Positions 12,939-26,150 of a stretch of DNA of 64,000 bases are shown one piece after another (the first letter of the stretch is position 1; every line of letters starts with the position of its first letter). The DNA is taken from assembly GCA_051294905.1 (NCBI GenBank), contig CM119371.1, positions 4,466,001 to 4,530,000 of the forward strand. Direction: 5' to 3'. Both the position numbers and the translations under genes were made by a program. The DNA is from Botryllus schlosseri. Taxonomy: Eukaryota. Below the pieces are notes generated by a model. That model searched no databases. It saw only the letters and a program-made list of their open reading frames with translations, and was not told the DNA's origin.

Positions 12939-15306
12939 CGGGGCCTACGATATTTACGGCCTTATCTGGTACATTACACTTGCAAGAGCTAACAGGCCGA
13001 TGCTCACAAAACAGAAATTCGCGATTACTCTTTACATAACAACGGGCGATTATTTTGATTGGACGATTACCCTCGACGTGACAATCGGCGATTGTCTTGA
13101 TTTCGCATCTGATACCAGACTCTTCGCAATTTGAAGCGAGTTTTCGAGTGTAAGGTTGGCAGAGATGTTTCAAGTTGTCGTTTTGTCCGTCTTTTACTAT
13201 TAGGCAGGCTACAGTAATGTGATTGAACGACTCTGTAGCTGACCCATCACGTTTAAGATGAAGTTTTTGAGCTGGTCGCCGCATTTGAAATGTTATAGAA
13301 TGATGCCGTGATTAGCTAATGCTAGGGACTATATTTTGACTGTAATGGCGTTGCTTTTTGGCTGTCGTTTTGACCGGCCTATAGCATGAGGTAGCATACC
13401 GGTATGCAGTGGTTAACTAATTATTTGAGATGTGTATTATGCAAGCACAGCACTATCGGCAAATCGTTGGTGGTGGTATTTCATATGGCCTTACATTGAA
13501 TTTTGACTGATTGTATACTTGTTACTTGGTGACTCAGGTTTGGCTTAAGGGAAAATATTCGTCACTGGTCTGGATATTTGACAACTAAACGAAAATTTTC
13601 ATAGTTTCAATTTCTATTGGACGATTTGGAGCTACAAAAATGGATACATTTTGTGAATAGGCGTGATTGGATGCCAACGAAGAATTCTGCCCTGCTTGTA
13701 ATCAAAGTACATCAAAGACCGTGGCTTGCGGAAAAAACCGACTGTGAGTACTCGCTGAAAACCCCCAAAGAGAAGAATATTTCAGAAAGATCTTCACAAA
13801 ATCAGGGAACGTGGTGATAAGCTGGATTCGAAATTTACGTGAAGCGGCAAAATTGACATATACCTTAGCTCCAATCCATAAGTCAACTATTGCAACTTGC
13901 TAAAGTTACTTGCCTCGCAAGGATGATATGGCTTCATTCTTGAGCCTTACCAATGCTTGGTGGACAGTTGTCAATTGCTGACATATATGTTTAACAACCG
14001 CTTGGCCAAAGCAGTGGTTCCACAAGATAGCAAAATCTATTTTCTTCGCGATTTCGCTAGTTGGCTTGTAAAATGGAACGGATGTAACCCCCAGAAATGA
14101 TCACTGTCAAAGCAAACCTCAGAAGCTCCGATTGAAACCCTGCAGTCACAGTTACAGATTATGGCAGACTTGTCTGCAGAGGGGTATATGTTATTCTAAG
14201 AAAATTCCAAAGTGACCTGATTGAACGAAAGTTCTCACGGTATAAGCAAATGAGTGGGGGGATGTTTCTGGTGGATTAACAGAAGTTGCCAATTATGAAA
14301 ATATAATACTGTTCCGCTGCGGCCTAATAATTGGCATAAAAAACTGGGAGCATGATATTTGTGTTTCAAGTTCAACTCATTTTTACCATTTCAAACAAGT
14401 CATGGTAATTTAAATTACCGGATCAGTTCTATCTCCTGACAGTGAGGAGGTGTTGTATGTTGTTTCTGGGTACATTGATAAGAAGGTCCTTGAAAATTGG
14501 CTTGACAGATATGTTTTAAGTTATTTTTTGATCAGTCCGGTGGTGCAAGTTCACACTATTTCAACTCGCTCGTGGGGGACTGCTTGCTCCCTCAGAAACG
14601 CTAGCCAAGTTTGTTGCATCCAGTTTTTCAATCCTAGATGGTTCTGATAAAATCATCTGATCGCACCCCCACGTTGCAGTGAGGGAAGCTGGTGAATATG
14701 TTTTGCATTATTTTGGTGGGCCTTTGCGTGTTATGATCATCGAGATCGATCTTTGAAATTGACAATCAAAATTATTGTGAATATGTGTTACAAGGAGAAG
14801 ATGCTGGTAAATACTTCTGTAAAAATAGATGCTGTGAAGGACTTTGAAAATCAACAGTTGAACAAGACATAGCTTGCATGTGATGCATTTCATTCTCAGT
14901 ACTTGTGGTCGAAGCTTGTATGTTTGTATAATGTATATACATGTTTGTTTCTGCAAGTAGTTTCTAATATGACGTGTGTACCAATTCTTCTTTACATGCT
15001 TGAATTGATTTTACCATGCAATAAAAGAGTTTTCATGAGCAAGTCAGTGTTTCTCACTACTTAGCCTACTTCTGCGATCGGTGGATAACTGCATCTGCGA
15101 CGACGTCTCTTGTCACTTTGTCGCGGTAAGATAACGATTTGGCCTGTTAGACGAATACAATCACTCAATCAGCTTATCTGAGGCGAGGCGTCTGCTAGCG
15201 AGAAGCAAAATCGTGCATAAACGCGAATTTCAGTTTGGCGACCATCGGCCTGTTAGCTCTGGCAAGCGCAATGTACCAGATAAGGCCGTGAATATCGTAG
15301 GCCCCG
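12939..15306 (+). mobile_element. Defective P-superfamily (THAP9/Galileo-like) DNA transposon inserted in the Penelope element
   Basis: ~85-bp imperfect TIRs CGGGGCCTACGATATT...AATATCGTAGGCCCCG. Exact 7-bp TSD GTGTAAC at 12932-12938 and 15307-15313. Confidence 0.9.
13590..14870 (+). pseudogene. THAP-domain P-element transposase remnant, internally deleted and frameshifted
   Basis: THAP-like DDLELQKWIHFVNRRDWMPTKNS. Catalytic-region motifs include FLRDFASWL, SLSKQTSEA and KFQSDLIERKFSRYKQMSGGMFLV. Confidence 0.85.
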
Positions 15307-15487
15307 GTGTAACTGTTTATTTACGAATATCATTGCTATTTTAGTACCGTATGTCCGTATACTTCATAGTTTGTTATTGTTGCCATTGGTACAATGCGAA
15401 TTTCATGGTCTGTGATTTTGATTGTTGCGTCATACTTTGCCTTTTTGGTTTTGCTTTTAAATCTGTTTAAATCCCTTTAGTGTGCCG

Positions 15488-15528
15488 TTAACTCTTGAAA
15501 AGAGGCACCCGAAAAGTCTGCGAGTTAA
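15488..15528 (+). ncRNA. Second hammerhead-like copy, probably inactive
   Basis: Same motif as 12442-12482, but with GC instead of TC at the cleavage site (G15520). Confidence 0.5.
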
Positions 15529-16173
15529 TAAATATTATTATACAATGGATATTGTATTGAAAGCTATATTCAAGTTCTGTACCACGAACCAGCTATTCAA
15601 GATCAGTGGTCGGGAACCTATGGCTCGCGAGCTATATATGGCTCTTTTGGGCATAAAGTATGGCTCTTTGCGAAAATTCTAATTTTGTGCATAATTTATC
15701 AATATTGCAGCAACTTGTTAATAAATCTTCAGCACAACAAGTATAATTATTCTTGTGGCAGTATAAACATGTCTTTGAGAGGTGTGGCGTATTCAGGGTT
15801 AGGGGCGCGAAATTCTTTCAAAATCCTCAAATCTAAGTTGCTGTCTCGCCTGCGCCACGAAATCTCGGACTGCACGATGCGGTAATTGTTTTATGAGAAT
15901 AGCAGACAAGGCGACGCCTGTATGACAATGCAGTTTTCAAATACACATTGTCTTGCTGATCTACGGCGAGAAATGAACTCCGTGGAAGTGACATTCACAA
16001 TTACGAATTCAAATTACAAACAACGCCATAGTGATCCACGTTCTTGATTGATAACGTAGCTTTGTAGTTGCTGTTCAAATGTAGGCGTGTGACACAGCGT
16101 TGTGTTACCGCCGAATACTTTGAGAATTGAAAAATCGAATCGGAATCGGTGCGGCAATTACATTCAGTTATTA

Positions 16174-17477
16174 CACAGGTCAACAGAACGAAAAATTGGG
16201 CAGAGCATCTAAGAGCCGTTTTCGGGGTTGCTGATTACGAATATCAAATTAGTGATTAGAGATTGGCTCTTGTACCCCTAAAAAAGTCCAAAATTAGTAT
16301 ATTTACCATTGAATATTTTACTTGGCAAGACGAAAATCGTAGTTTTTTTTATAAGTTTATACTAGGGATGGTGTGAACGTGAGGTTCACGCTCACGTTCT
16401 GTGTGTGAACCTCAGATATTTAGAGGTTCACGTTCACAAACGAACCTTGGTAGGTTCTGCACTGTGAACTTTTTTCATATATTACAATTTTCACTTCATT
16501 ATAGTATCTTTGGTTGAAATTTATTGCATTTCAACTGCGGGCCCGGTATATGCATGGCGCTGGCAGCATAAAAATCAGCACTAAACGAGCATGCTCCTTG
16601 ACAATCTCGAAGATTTTACTTGTTTGTTACAATTGCTTGCTCGAAATATCCAGCTTTCCGTTTGCGAATATTTAGTGACTCATCTGTGCTGTGAGCTTGA
16701 CTCGCAATCACACAACATCAAGAGCGAAACACTACATGTAGGTAGTCAGCGAATGACTCTTATCCAACCAATCAATGAAATTGATATCGTTGTCTGATGT
16801 CAAAATCTAGCAGGCGTACGGGGTCAATCTCGATTTCATATGTTTATTGTATCATAAAAACCAACTCCGTGGATTGGGGTATTGGCTACTGCTGTAAAAC
16901 TTGTTAAAGGGGTAATATCGGTAGCAAGTAGGGAAACCCGTTTTACACTCTGCTCAATATCAACTTAGCAATAATCGGGACGCCGAATACATTGTCCGGT
17001 CTGACCTTGACCGTTAAGGAGTAAGCTTATATTCCCTTGCAAGTTCTCGTCGAAATTGTCCCAGTTGATACATCTGTAGACGTTTAAAACATCGATAGGT
17101 ATTTCAGCATTGTGGCATAATGTGGCCCGAATCGTCGCTAGGTATTGCAAGGCTATCACTTCACCGAAATGTAGGGTTGGAATTAGCAATATGACGTCAC
17201 GTGACGTCACGAGGTTCACGTTCGCGTTCACACAGAACCTTTTAAAAAGGTTCGCGTTCACACGAACCTGAACCTTTCAGAGGTTCACACCATCCCTATT
17301 TATACTGCACTTCAATAGATAATGATCGACTATGAAGAACCCTCATGTCGTCCCCATCGGTCATCTCCAAAACAAGAGCCAATTTGAAAAAACTAAGGCC
17401 ATTTTCGAAATCAGCGCCCTTCAGAACCACCAAACCCACTCTTAATTTGTATGCCCAAAAATATGTGTTGACCAGTG
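16174..17477. mobile_element. Non-autonomous Chapaev3-like element, nested in C
   Basis: Termini CACAGGTCAACA...TGTTGACCAGTG flanked by TTA on both sides. CAC ends with a TWA TSD are characteristic of Chapaev3. Confidence 0.65.
16363..17298. mobile_element. hAT MITE D with GGTTCAC/GTGAACC subterminal repeats
   Basis: TIRs TAGGGATGGTGTGAAC...GTTCACACCATCCCTA. TTTATAC is duplicated at the flanks. Confidence 0.88.
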
Positions 17478-20400
17478 TTATCAGTTATTATAAATTCTAT
17501 GATATTTACGATGAATTGCGCTATGTTAATCCCGGCCGTGCCTCACCTATGCCTTACCTCCCCTTTCACGCTATATTTTCGAACAATAAATAGGCAAGTT
17601 GCGTGATTCTCGTAGTAAAAATGTTCAAAATCTAGTATACAGGTAAGGCACTGCCTCACGTGCTTCCCCTGAAACCACGTCACTGACGAATCGCACATTA
17701 CGGTGCGTATGCAATATGCATGCTGCTGTGTCGTGACCATCATGTTTGGCTCCGCCTACTTATGCCCCCATGGGTCCTCGCATTTATGAATATCGTCAAG
17801 ACGAACCTACGACCTCGTATAACTGACGAAAGTCGACGAATTTTCGCTACCATGACGTCACGATTTTTCAATTGTGACGTATTAGTTGATTAAAATGTAT
17901 GGCTCTTTGGAAGTTAAGATGGAAAATATGGGGTCAATATGGCTCTTCGGACTAAAAAGGTTCCCGACCACTGCTATAGATAACTAAGGTAAACCTTGCC
18001 TTAGTTATCTATAGTTTACCTTAGTTATCTATAATATAACATGACCCGTTGATGATTCGTGACTGAAAATTGTGATTTGGTTTGCTGCGACCTTCTTGTA
18101 AAATGACAAGATTTCGGATTGACTGGGTGACTAAATAAAAGTGACTCGAGATGAATCTAGTCAAACGTTAAAATCAGAGAAAGACTTGTGACTCGGAACG
18201 GTGACTTAGTAATCCTACGAACGCAGCAATCTATGAAGCTGTCATGGGGAACAGTAATATATCCAAAGGTCGTAGCTTGCGTTGCGTAGGGTATATAGCT
18301 ATATCTAACAGGTCATTGTGGCAACCGTTTCTATTCAGTGACCCCGTGACGTATAGTTGGTTGCATGCTGTGTGTTGTTTGTTCTCTTTATCCCTGTTAT
18401 TATCAGTGGCGAGTAAGGTAGTGCTACGCTCTACGTCTGTAACATCAATGAATTCTTCGCCGACTGGGCATTTCTATTCCAGGTATTCTTAACAAGGCTC
18501 CGTGGACCCTATCGGGACACAAAGCACCACACCAGGGTGTACGAGATGCACTGTGGAATTAGGCCTATATGCTGTGGAATATTTTCTTGGCAAATTTATT
18601 CAACTGGAAAATAGTCTGCGGGCTACGCGGGATTTGGTGTAAATGGGCTTTCTGATTTTAATATAGGTAGCATCAGAACATTGCGTTGAAACTGGACAGG
18701 GGCTACGAGAAGTCGTGTTGGAAGCACAACTATGGCTCAATAATGATAATATTCAAGTTTTTGTTGATATGTTTCAATGATAACCGAAGGCAAAATTTAA
18801 CGCTGATTTAATTTGACTTTGGCAATGACAGTAACAAAAGCCTATAATTATCACTACTATATCAGATCAATCGTCAGTAGACATTAAAATATTCTACATA
18901 GAATTGTGGCACGTCAGAAGTCCACTATCACTGCAATATTATAACCCGACAGTTTTACGATGTCATGATGCATCCTCTCGCATGATGTCTCTAACCCATT
19001 AATTAAATAAAATTATGCCCGGCAAATATTTGATATTGTGATTTTTTTCTTCATGTCAAGCGTGAATAGTACCATAGCAAATTATATTGCCACGATAAAG
19101 CCTACTTGGAAATAATGCATTGAATATCGCTAATATTAATGCTGCGGTCCGCAGTGACATCAAAAACTAGGAAATTGGCCCGCGAGCACATTTGAGTTTG
19201 AGACCTCTGCTCTAGCACCATATAGTTGCAAAAAAAAACAGTTACATACTTTACATTTCCGCTTCATTTCAATCTTGAACGTTCATCGGTCAGCCAGACA
19301 CATTTTGAAATTTTACGGGTCCGCGAGGTGAAAAAGGTTGAGCCACTGCTATATTGGTAGATGTGAAAACAAACAAGAACCTGTTCTTTTTTTCAGCCCA
19401 CGTCCTTTTTTCGGCTGGCTAAGCGCCTGATTGTTATCAACACCTGTGTGTATATAGGCTAGATATCTAGTATTGATTTTTTATTGGTATATCGAGTAGT
19501 TGTCATAGACTCTTTGTTTTTTACTTCTGCTTGATCTGTATGTTACTGGACGTAGCTAGTTCAACGCATAATTGTAGAGAAATTACCCGAAGTATATTTA
19601 TAATTCTTCCTGAGTACCGAAACGAACTAAAATATTCACAAATAATAGATAAAGTACGAATCAAGTATTGTGATATATCGAGTACAATTAAAGTGTGAGT
19701 TCAATGCCATATGAGTAAAAATTGCAGAATTGCAGATTGCAGAAGATGACATATATCTAGCCATGTATGTAACCTATCATTTTTCAATACAATTTACACC
19801 GTGATAAAATGAGCACATATCGTTCATGGTGCTCTTCATTGACATTCTATATGAAAACGGATTGGCTACTCGCAAAAGCGCAATTATGAGGTGATAAGTT
19901 CACTAACGAAACTTGTTTTAGGTGCGCAGTCTCATTACATGAAGGCAAATACTAGCTGGGTAAACCCGATCGCTAAATAGACAATCTGTAGTCGAAAATG
20001 CGCCATCAATTTTTGCCTCCCAAGTAAAAATCGAACTATTTGTATGCAGGGCGATTAAAAGTAGAAGTATAAGAATTTATCGAATAATTTAGATAAGCTC
20101 TTCATGACCCTGAATTGTAGCTACCTTCACTCGTAAATCGATCCGCTCATTATGTTTGATATAACAAGTTGACTACTACTGACAAACATTTGTTATCCGA
20201 CCTTTAGACCATGAAACGAGCTCGTTCAACAAAATCATTTTATCGCAAGTCATCAAGCGGTACCATCTGTTTGTTTCACGATAACAGAAAAGCACACAGG
20301 CTGACATTATTACACAGCAAATACTTCTTGGCGTCACAAGAACAAACTTTGCAATAATAGGGTTGTTCTCATATTCGCTCGATTGTGTCGACACAAGCAA

Positions 20401-20725
20401 ATTTCACGGCACAGTGAAATTGGTCGAAATCAGTAGATCGATCAACCGGTGGCAGAGGTTCTTATGGGTGCGGTGGCATGTTAACGCGAAAACCCGTGGT
20501 GGTGACCCCACCCTTTTACACCTCCTATCGGTGGCATGCTACCATAGGCTCTTATTGGTGCGGCGGTGATGGTACTCTCTCAAGTATAGGCTGCGGCGGT
20601 ATGCTAACGTGAAAACCGGGGGTGGCATGCTAAAGTTTTAGGTATAGGTGCAACGACATGCTAACGTTTCAGTTATATGGTGTGGCGATGAAGTGGTGTT
20701 TCGGCGGCATGCTAACGTTTCGGTA

Positions 20726-21224
20726 TAGAATGTAAACATGGAATGGCAACGACCGATTTTGCAGCTTCGTTTCGCTTCGCTGAAACTGTATTTAGAATTG
20801 GTCTTGATCGATAGCTACAGTTGCACTGATTCCAAAAATATAAATTCAAATATGGTCAGGCTCAAGACTTGGACGAAAAATTGCCCTCAACATCTGAAAT
20901 GTGCATTGTTGTGAACAATCGGATAACCGCAAAACAATGACCCGTTGCGGCTCTCCGATTGTTCGGACAATGCCGATATTTCAGACTTGGAGGGTGGATT
21001 CTAGGTGAATCAGTGGCCCATCATATTTAAATTTATATTTGCGAAATTGGAGCGACAGTAGCTTTCGATCAAAACCAGATTCCGTAAATTATTCGCTCTG
21101 GTAGATAACTTTTGGATTGCCAGAAATCCTACAGTCGCTTACGCAAAAACAATTCTGAATACATCCTCAGCGAAGGGGAACGAAGCTGCAAAATCGGTCA
21201 TTGCCGTTCCATGTTTACAGTCTG
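20726..21224. mobile_element. MITE with ~55-bp TIRs, TA-flanked (Tc1/mariner-like)
   Basis: TGTAAACATGGAATGGCAACGACCGATTTTGCAGCTTCG at 20731 and its inverted copy ending at 21219. Confidence 0.8.
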
Positions 21225-22213
21225 TAGTTTCAGGTATGGTCATTTCTGACACGGTAACCCTCTCAGGTATAGTCATCGTCGACATGGTGTTATTGAAAAA
21301 GTATCAATTGAATAGTATATTCGTATTGAAATGAACCCGATTATTTTCGGCTGACACTCGTCAAGGGTAATCGTCAGCAAATAGTAGAGAATTGGAAAGA
21401 ACATTGTATATCAACAATCGTATCACAAAATATTACGTCACCAGCATGAAATTTCGTGAATGAGAGAGCGTTCAATGTACTATTTTTAGGTGGTGTAGGT
21501 GTGTGTGGTAACTGACAACATTGTGAATTTCACGCCCATACGAATATGACTTTCCTATTGCAATCATGTCGAGTCTTTATAAGTCCATGTTTGAGCTGAC
21601 TCGGACGGGACTCATGTAAACCTACTTGTAAACGTTTGAATAAACTATGTGTACGGACAAAATATATCGTACAAAGAACATCACGACAGCAAACCAGGAC
21701 AGTCTCTGAGTTAAGTACCAGACAGCTACAACCTAATATTGGACAGCTATACTTTCTGAGTTACACTTCACAGAGACATATTCCGTAAAGTGTTATATGG
21801 TGCCTTTGATGATCGTGATCGGTCGGATATATCAACAGCACAGACTCTAACGTTTTGCCATCTGCGAGCCAGTGGCGGCTTGTGACCATATTGGGTGGTG
21901 GTGCAAGGGGTGTACGCGATTTTAATTATCTAAATGACGTCACAATAGTGTATTGCGACGTGAAAATGTTTGCGCACGTGGCCTATTACAATTACAAATG
22001 CGATTGCTTAGGCCAACGGTTATGTCGGGCGCACCAGTCCTGTTGGAGATGCGACTGATAATCCAAGCGATTATATCTTGCGCACATGACCTCTTGTGTA
22101 TGAGAATGTTACGGCCTGTCGTTGACGCGATGCATCAATAAGGGCGACTGATCACCCAAGCGATTTTGTCTTGCGTACAGTACATGGCCTCTTGTGTATG
22201 AGATTGTTACGGC

Positions 22214-23200
22214 CAGTGTTGCCAGGTTATTTTACAACAACAAGCAAAAAATCTGAAAAACAAGCCCAAACAAGCGAATTTTTAGCCGAGACAAGCCCAA
22301 AATCAAGCAACAATTTTTAGTATGCAAAACATTGTATTTACAATACAATTCACTCAGATATAGGCCTAACATTGAAACGATGTCATTTTCCTGTCCAAAA
22401 TCCACAGTGTCCTGATACATGCTTTCATTGATTAAACCGCTCCAGCATGCATTCCGTAGGTTTGCAGTCGGTACAGCAAACATTTTGTACAAGGGTATCA
22501 CAAACCTTGACACCAACGAGTGAAAGAATAGTAACAGATCATCCTGTATTTTTAGATGATCTCCAGATTCGGACTGTAAAAGCTTGTTTATTTTGTTGAA
22601 TTGTTGCAAGATTGGTGGGATAAAGACCAATTTCAAGAACGTACTCTTTGTCAAAGTCATGCAGCGATATGCTCTTTGTATGAAATTTGTCATTCAATTC
22701 AACTGCATCGCATTTCAGAAAGACCCATTTGAAATTTTCAGGCAATGGTATTGGCGTCCGCATTAAACACAGTACTGAATAGTCAAAATTCATTTTGTAG
22801 AGAAGGAATGTTGGAAAAGCGGGTGAATATTCAGTAGTTAAATTTCGTATCACAGTTACAAATGTAGTGTTGGTACTAGGTTTTCTCTCCTCCAGTATAG
22901 GAAAGTGAAGATACTTTTCTTTGTACTGTTGACATTTCCAGAGTCACAGATTTGTTTTGAATGCGCCTCAACATCTCATGTATTGAGTTGTTTTCCCCCT
23001 GAAGTTGCAAATTCAATTTGTTCAGATGTGACGTTCAATGTACCAGGAAAGCAAGATGCGATACCCATTTTCGATTACAAGATAATGAGTCGGCGATATT
23101 TGTGGTTTCGAGGAAAGTTGCTATTTGATTTCTCAATTCATACACTCGTGTAAGCATAGCTGCTCGACTTTATGAGCGAACATGACATATATAGGCCTGC
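22214..23200 (-). mobile_element. Degraded hAT transposon with transposase remnant
   Basis: CAGTGTTGCCAG terminus near 22214. Minus-strand peptide LVFIPPILQQFNKINKLLQSESGDHLKIQDDLLLFFHSLVSRFV resembles hAT transposases. Confidence 0.65.
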
Positions 23201-24859
23201 ATGACATCGCCATATTGATTCTCTGCTTCTAGTAATATCATTGTGTGTGAATAGATCCAAGTATAATATTGTTATTGAGATTTGTAAATAATCAATATTC
23301 AATTGAGTGTATATAACCTACAATTGGTTCCTTCTTGGCAATTACTACGGAATTTGGTGACAGCATTTCCCTCAATATTCATTTTCTCTTGTACACAAAT
23401 ATGAGATCACTGACGCTTTTATTATGTATGTTTATAACCTTGATGCAGAATTTCAGATAATAAACAAAGATTTTACATTCAATAATACCTACGCATTTTA
23501 ATAGAGCATATGCCAGGGTTGTAATGACTCGAGTCACGATTTTCTGACGACTCAACTGGACCTGAGTCATTTTCTAGAAATACAGAAATGACTGGGTATT
23601 GACTCGACTTGCGCATGACTCAAACCAAGTCATATGACGAGAGACTCAGGCGGCCAAAAGTTACATTGAAATTTTGAAGAATAGTAAGCCCTAAGCCAAA
23701 AAAGTTCAGATCCACTGTGCTGGTTTGCCTCGAACAATTTTTTCATTTGCAAAGGGTGCCGCGAGAATAAAAAGGTTGAGAACCACTGGGGAATCCCATA
23801 CATAATTATGCATGATGCATATAGGCCCTATACACCCAAACATTAAATTAAACAATACTGACTATAATACTACTTGACTTTATATTGATTGGAGATTTGA
23901 AAATATTTAGACAACTTCCTAAAATGTTTCTTTGCTCTAATTTTAATATAATTTGAGACATGTGTCTACTGTCTATGCTCTTATTTTAATTCTAATCTAA
24001 TATCTGGTTTTCCTGAAATTCCTACAAAGAACTGCATCGTGTGAAACGATTCAAACTTGGTGTACAGGCATTTGCCATTCTCATGCTGATCAGAATCAAC
24101 TTTGATTATTATTCGCGTGTACAGTAATCCCAAACCTAATTCAATTTGAAAAAGTTTTCTAGTTGTCCAAGTCCAAGTCATAAATATTGAAATTCATTAA
24201 CGTTGAAGTTCGGGGGTAGAACTGATTGGTGATGGTCATGTTGTTATCCATAGGAAAGGACTCAAAGGTGTTGAATTGATCCCAGCACTGGCTACACCTA
24301 TATGGAATCTCGGTTCATTTTATGAAATAAATCCTGCGAGATGAGAGCTTTTCTGTATAGAATAATTAGGCAAATAAACAGAAAATCCTGTGTGACGTTG
24401 CCACCAATTCCATTCCGGGCTACAAAAGATGGCAGGACTAAACTTCAAGATTTTAGCACATCTTGCTTTTAGACAATAAGAATGAATAGACCTACATCAT
24501 TTCAATGCTGTTAAAAACTCAGATTTTGTGAACCAAGCTTGGAAATACACAACTATAACTACTCACTTTTTAAAATGCGCAACCAAAGAACTAGAACAAC
24601 TCAAAAGGACAGTATATCGCTTTAACTTGACTAACAAAATTGCTAGCTTGTACAAGTTTACTGTCTTAAAGGCGTGCCTCGAATGGCCAACTCGAAAAAA
24701 TAGCAATTAGTATAAGGCAAGCGTCGTTAACATGTACAATTCATAGATGAGATTCTGGAATCCTGACAGATTGAACCATACAAGGCATTATTATCCCATG
24801 CATAATATACCGCATCCTAAGCTATCTGAATGAGCCTGACTACTATCATCCGACAGCAC

Positions 24860-26150
24860 TAGGGTTAGTTCGGATATCAATAATTTTCACTATCCGGATA
24901 ACGGATATATCCGGATAATTTGGAATTTATCTAACCGGTTAACCGGATAATAACTGCTAAGTGAGACAATCGATTTCATTAGGACTGCATGTAAAACGGA
25001 TCGCAAAATCATTACACAGTGTTATTGTAGAGTACCTACCTACGCGCGCAGTATGAGCGAATACGAGAAAAACCACGCAAATTTAATGTTCACTGCTTCT
25101 GCAATGCCCTCTTTATAAAGCACAGATGCATCAATTGTGGGATCCTGTAGCCGGGACCGGAATTTTGTAACAAAGAGTCCACGTTCATTGAATGCTTTTT
25201 CAGCTTCCACAGAAGTGGGCTGAATAGAAAGCAGCGCTTCGTAGAGAGTCAAAAGGTTGGCAGGTCATACGCCGGAAACTTCAACGGCTTTACATCCTTT
25301 TGACCATCCTTATGTTTAGGTTTGGAGTACTAGAAGGACGACTAGCTGATACTGGAATTGATGCCGACATGATACCTCGCTCTAATTCACGTGATCCGAC
25401 ACGCAGCCAGCCGAAAATGTAGGGGGATTGAAATAAAATCAGGGGGTTTCGATCTTTTTTTTCGAATTAATCATCAGCGGTAATCAATTACGCTTGCACG
25501 CACGCACATTTTTGCGAACATTCGATGTCATTCAGTTTCGCGGTGTCACTCTCAGAATCACTAATTAGAATACACTTAACGGCATATCGTCAACAAGCCA
25601 TGGAGAGATAGGAGCCAATGCATGCTGGGTCCGAGATGGTTAGGCCAGCGATTATATCGTTCGTAGGCCTATTGCAGATGCGATTGTGTAGGTCAACGAT
25701 AATATCGTGAGCACCAAGCCAATGAAGATGCGATTGTGCAGGCCAGCGATGGAATAGTGTGTACACTGCACATGGCCTATTGCAGATGCGATTCTTCAAT
25801 CCAGTGGAACTATCGGCTTGTTGAAGACGCGATAAATCAGGCCAGAGACGATAGCCGAGCGCGCGGCAATCAATGACCTAATTTAACGATCTTCTCAGCA
25901 GAGGATCGCGTCACATTACTTTGTGCAATGTGTACAGACGCATCTCGCTAATTGGCAACACGCTTCTCCTTAATCGGCCGCGCCAACACTGAATACGACT
26001 TATTGAAGCTTACTAAAACGTGTAAAATGCATTAGCAACGATTCTTTTTTATCCGGTTAACCGGCAGAAAAATATCCGGATATCAGATAGTGAAAATACC
26101 TGCGGTTAACCGGTTAACCGGTTAACCGTTATCCGGATAATCCAAACCTA
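24860..26150 (-). mobile_element. Internally deleted hAT element retaining the dimerisation-domain coding end
   Basis: Termini TAGGGTTAG...CCAAACCTA with ATCCGGATA/AACCGGTT subterminal motifs. Exact TSD GACAGCAC. ORF 25040-25252 reads LLSIQPTSVEAEKAF...RSRLQDPTIDA (hATC domain). Confidence 0.9.

Larger units (their letters stand above)
12405..15599 (+). mobile_element. 5'-truncated Penelope-like retroelement with inverted pseudo-LTR
   Basis: GIY-YIG-region C-terminal peptide SSIGQHLSENLACAQHYDDNMFTVMARGRSLFHLKVLESTIIQLNKPI*CRQKDFLYNL at ~12724-12900. 12406-12689 is an inverted copy of 12906-12938 joined to 15314-15564. AGATCAGTGGT is duplicated at the flanks. Confidence 0.82.
12398..17973. 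mobile_element. hAT element C, nested in B; its left TIR is split by the Penelope insertion
   Basis: CAGTGGT[insertion]CGGGAACC ... GGTTCCCGACCACTG. Exact TSD CTATAGAT at 12390-12397 and 17974-17981. Confidence 0.88.
12175..19209. mobile_element. hAT element B, nested in A
   Basis: TIRs CAGAGGTCTCAAAC...GTTTGAGACCTCTG. Exact TSD CTCTAGCA. An inverted homologue lies at 38817-40310. Confidence 0.92.
11088..19348. mobile_element. hAT element A, outermost layer of the nest
   Basis: Ends CAGTGTCTCTCAA...TTGAGCCACTG. Exact TSD CTATATTG at 11080-11087 and 19349-19356. Confidence 0.88.

Noticed and set aside
12406..15564. A single foldback/Galileo element with ~255-bp TIRs around the THAP transposase
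   Set aside because: The P element has its own TIRs and 7-bp TSD at 12939-15306. The outer arms continue across that TSD into the GIY-YIG 3' end, so they are Penelope pseudo-LTRs.
20450..20725. Regularly spaced GGCATGCTAACG / GGTGAC motifs as a CRISPR or regulatory array
   Set aside because: The intervening sequences are related to each other and the block recurs as a dispersed repeat at 7455 and 8930.
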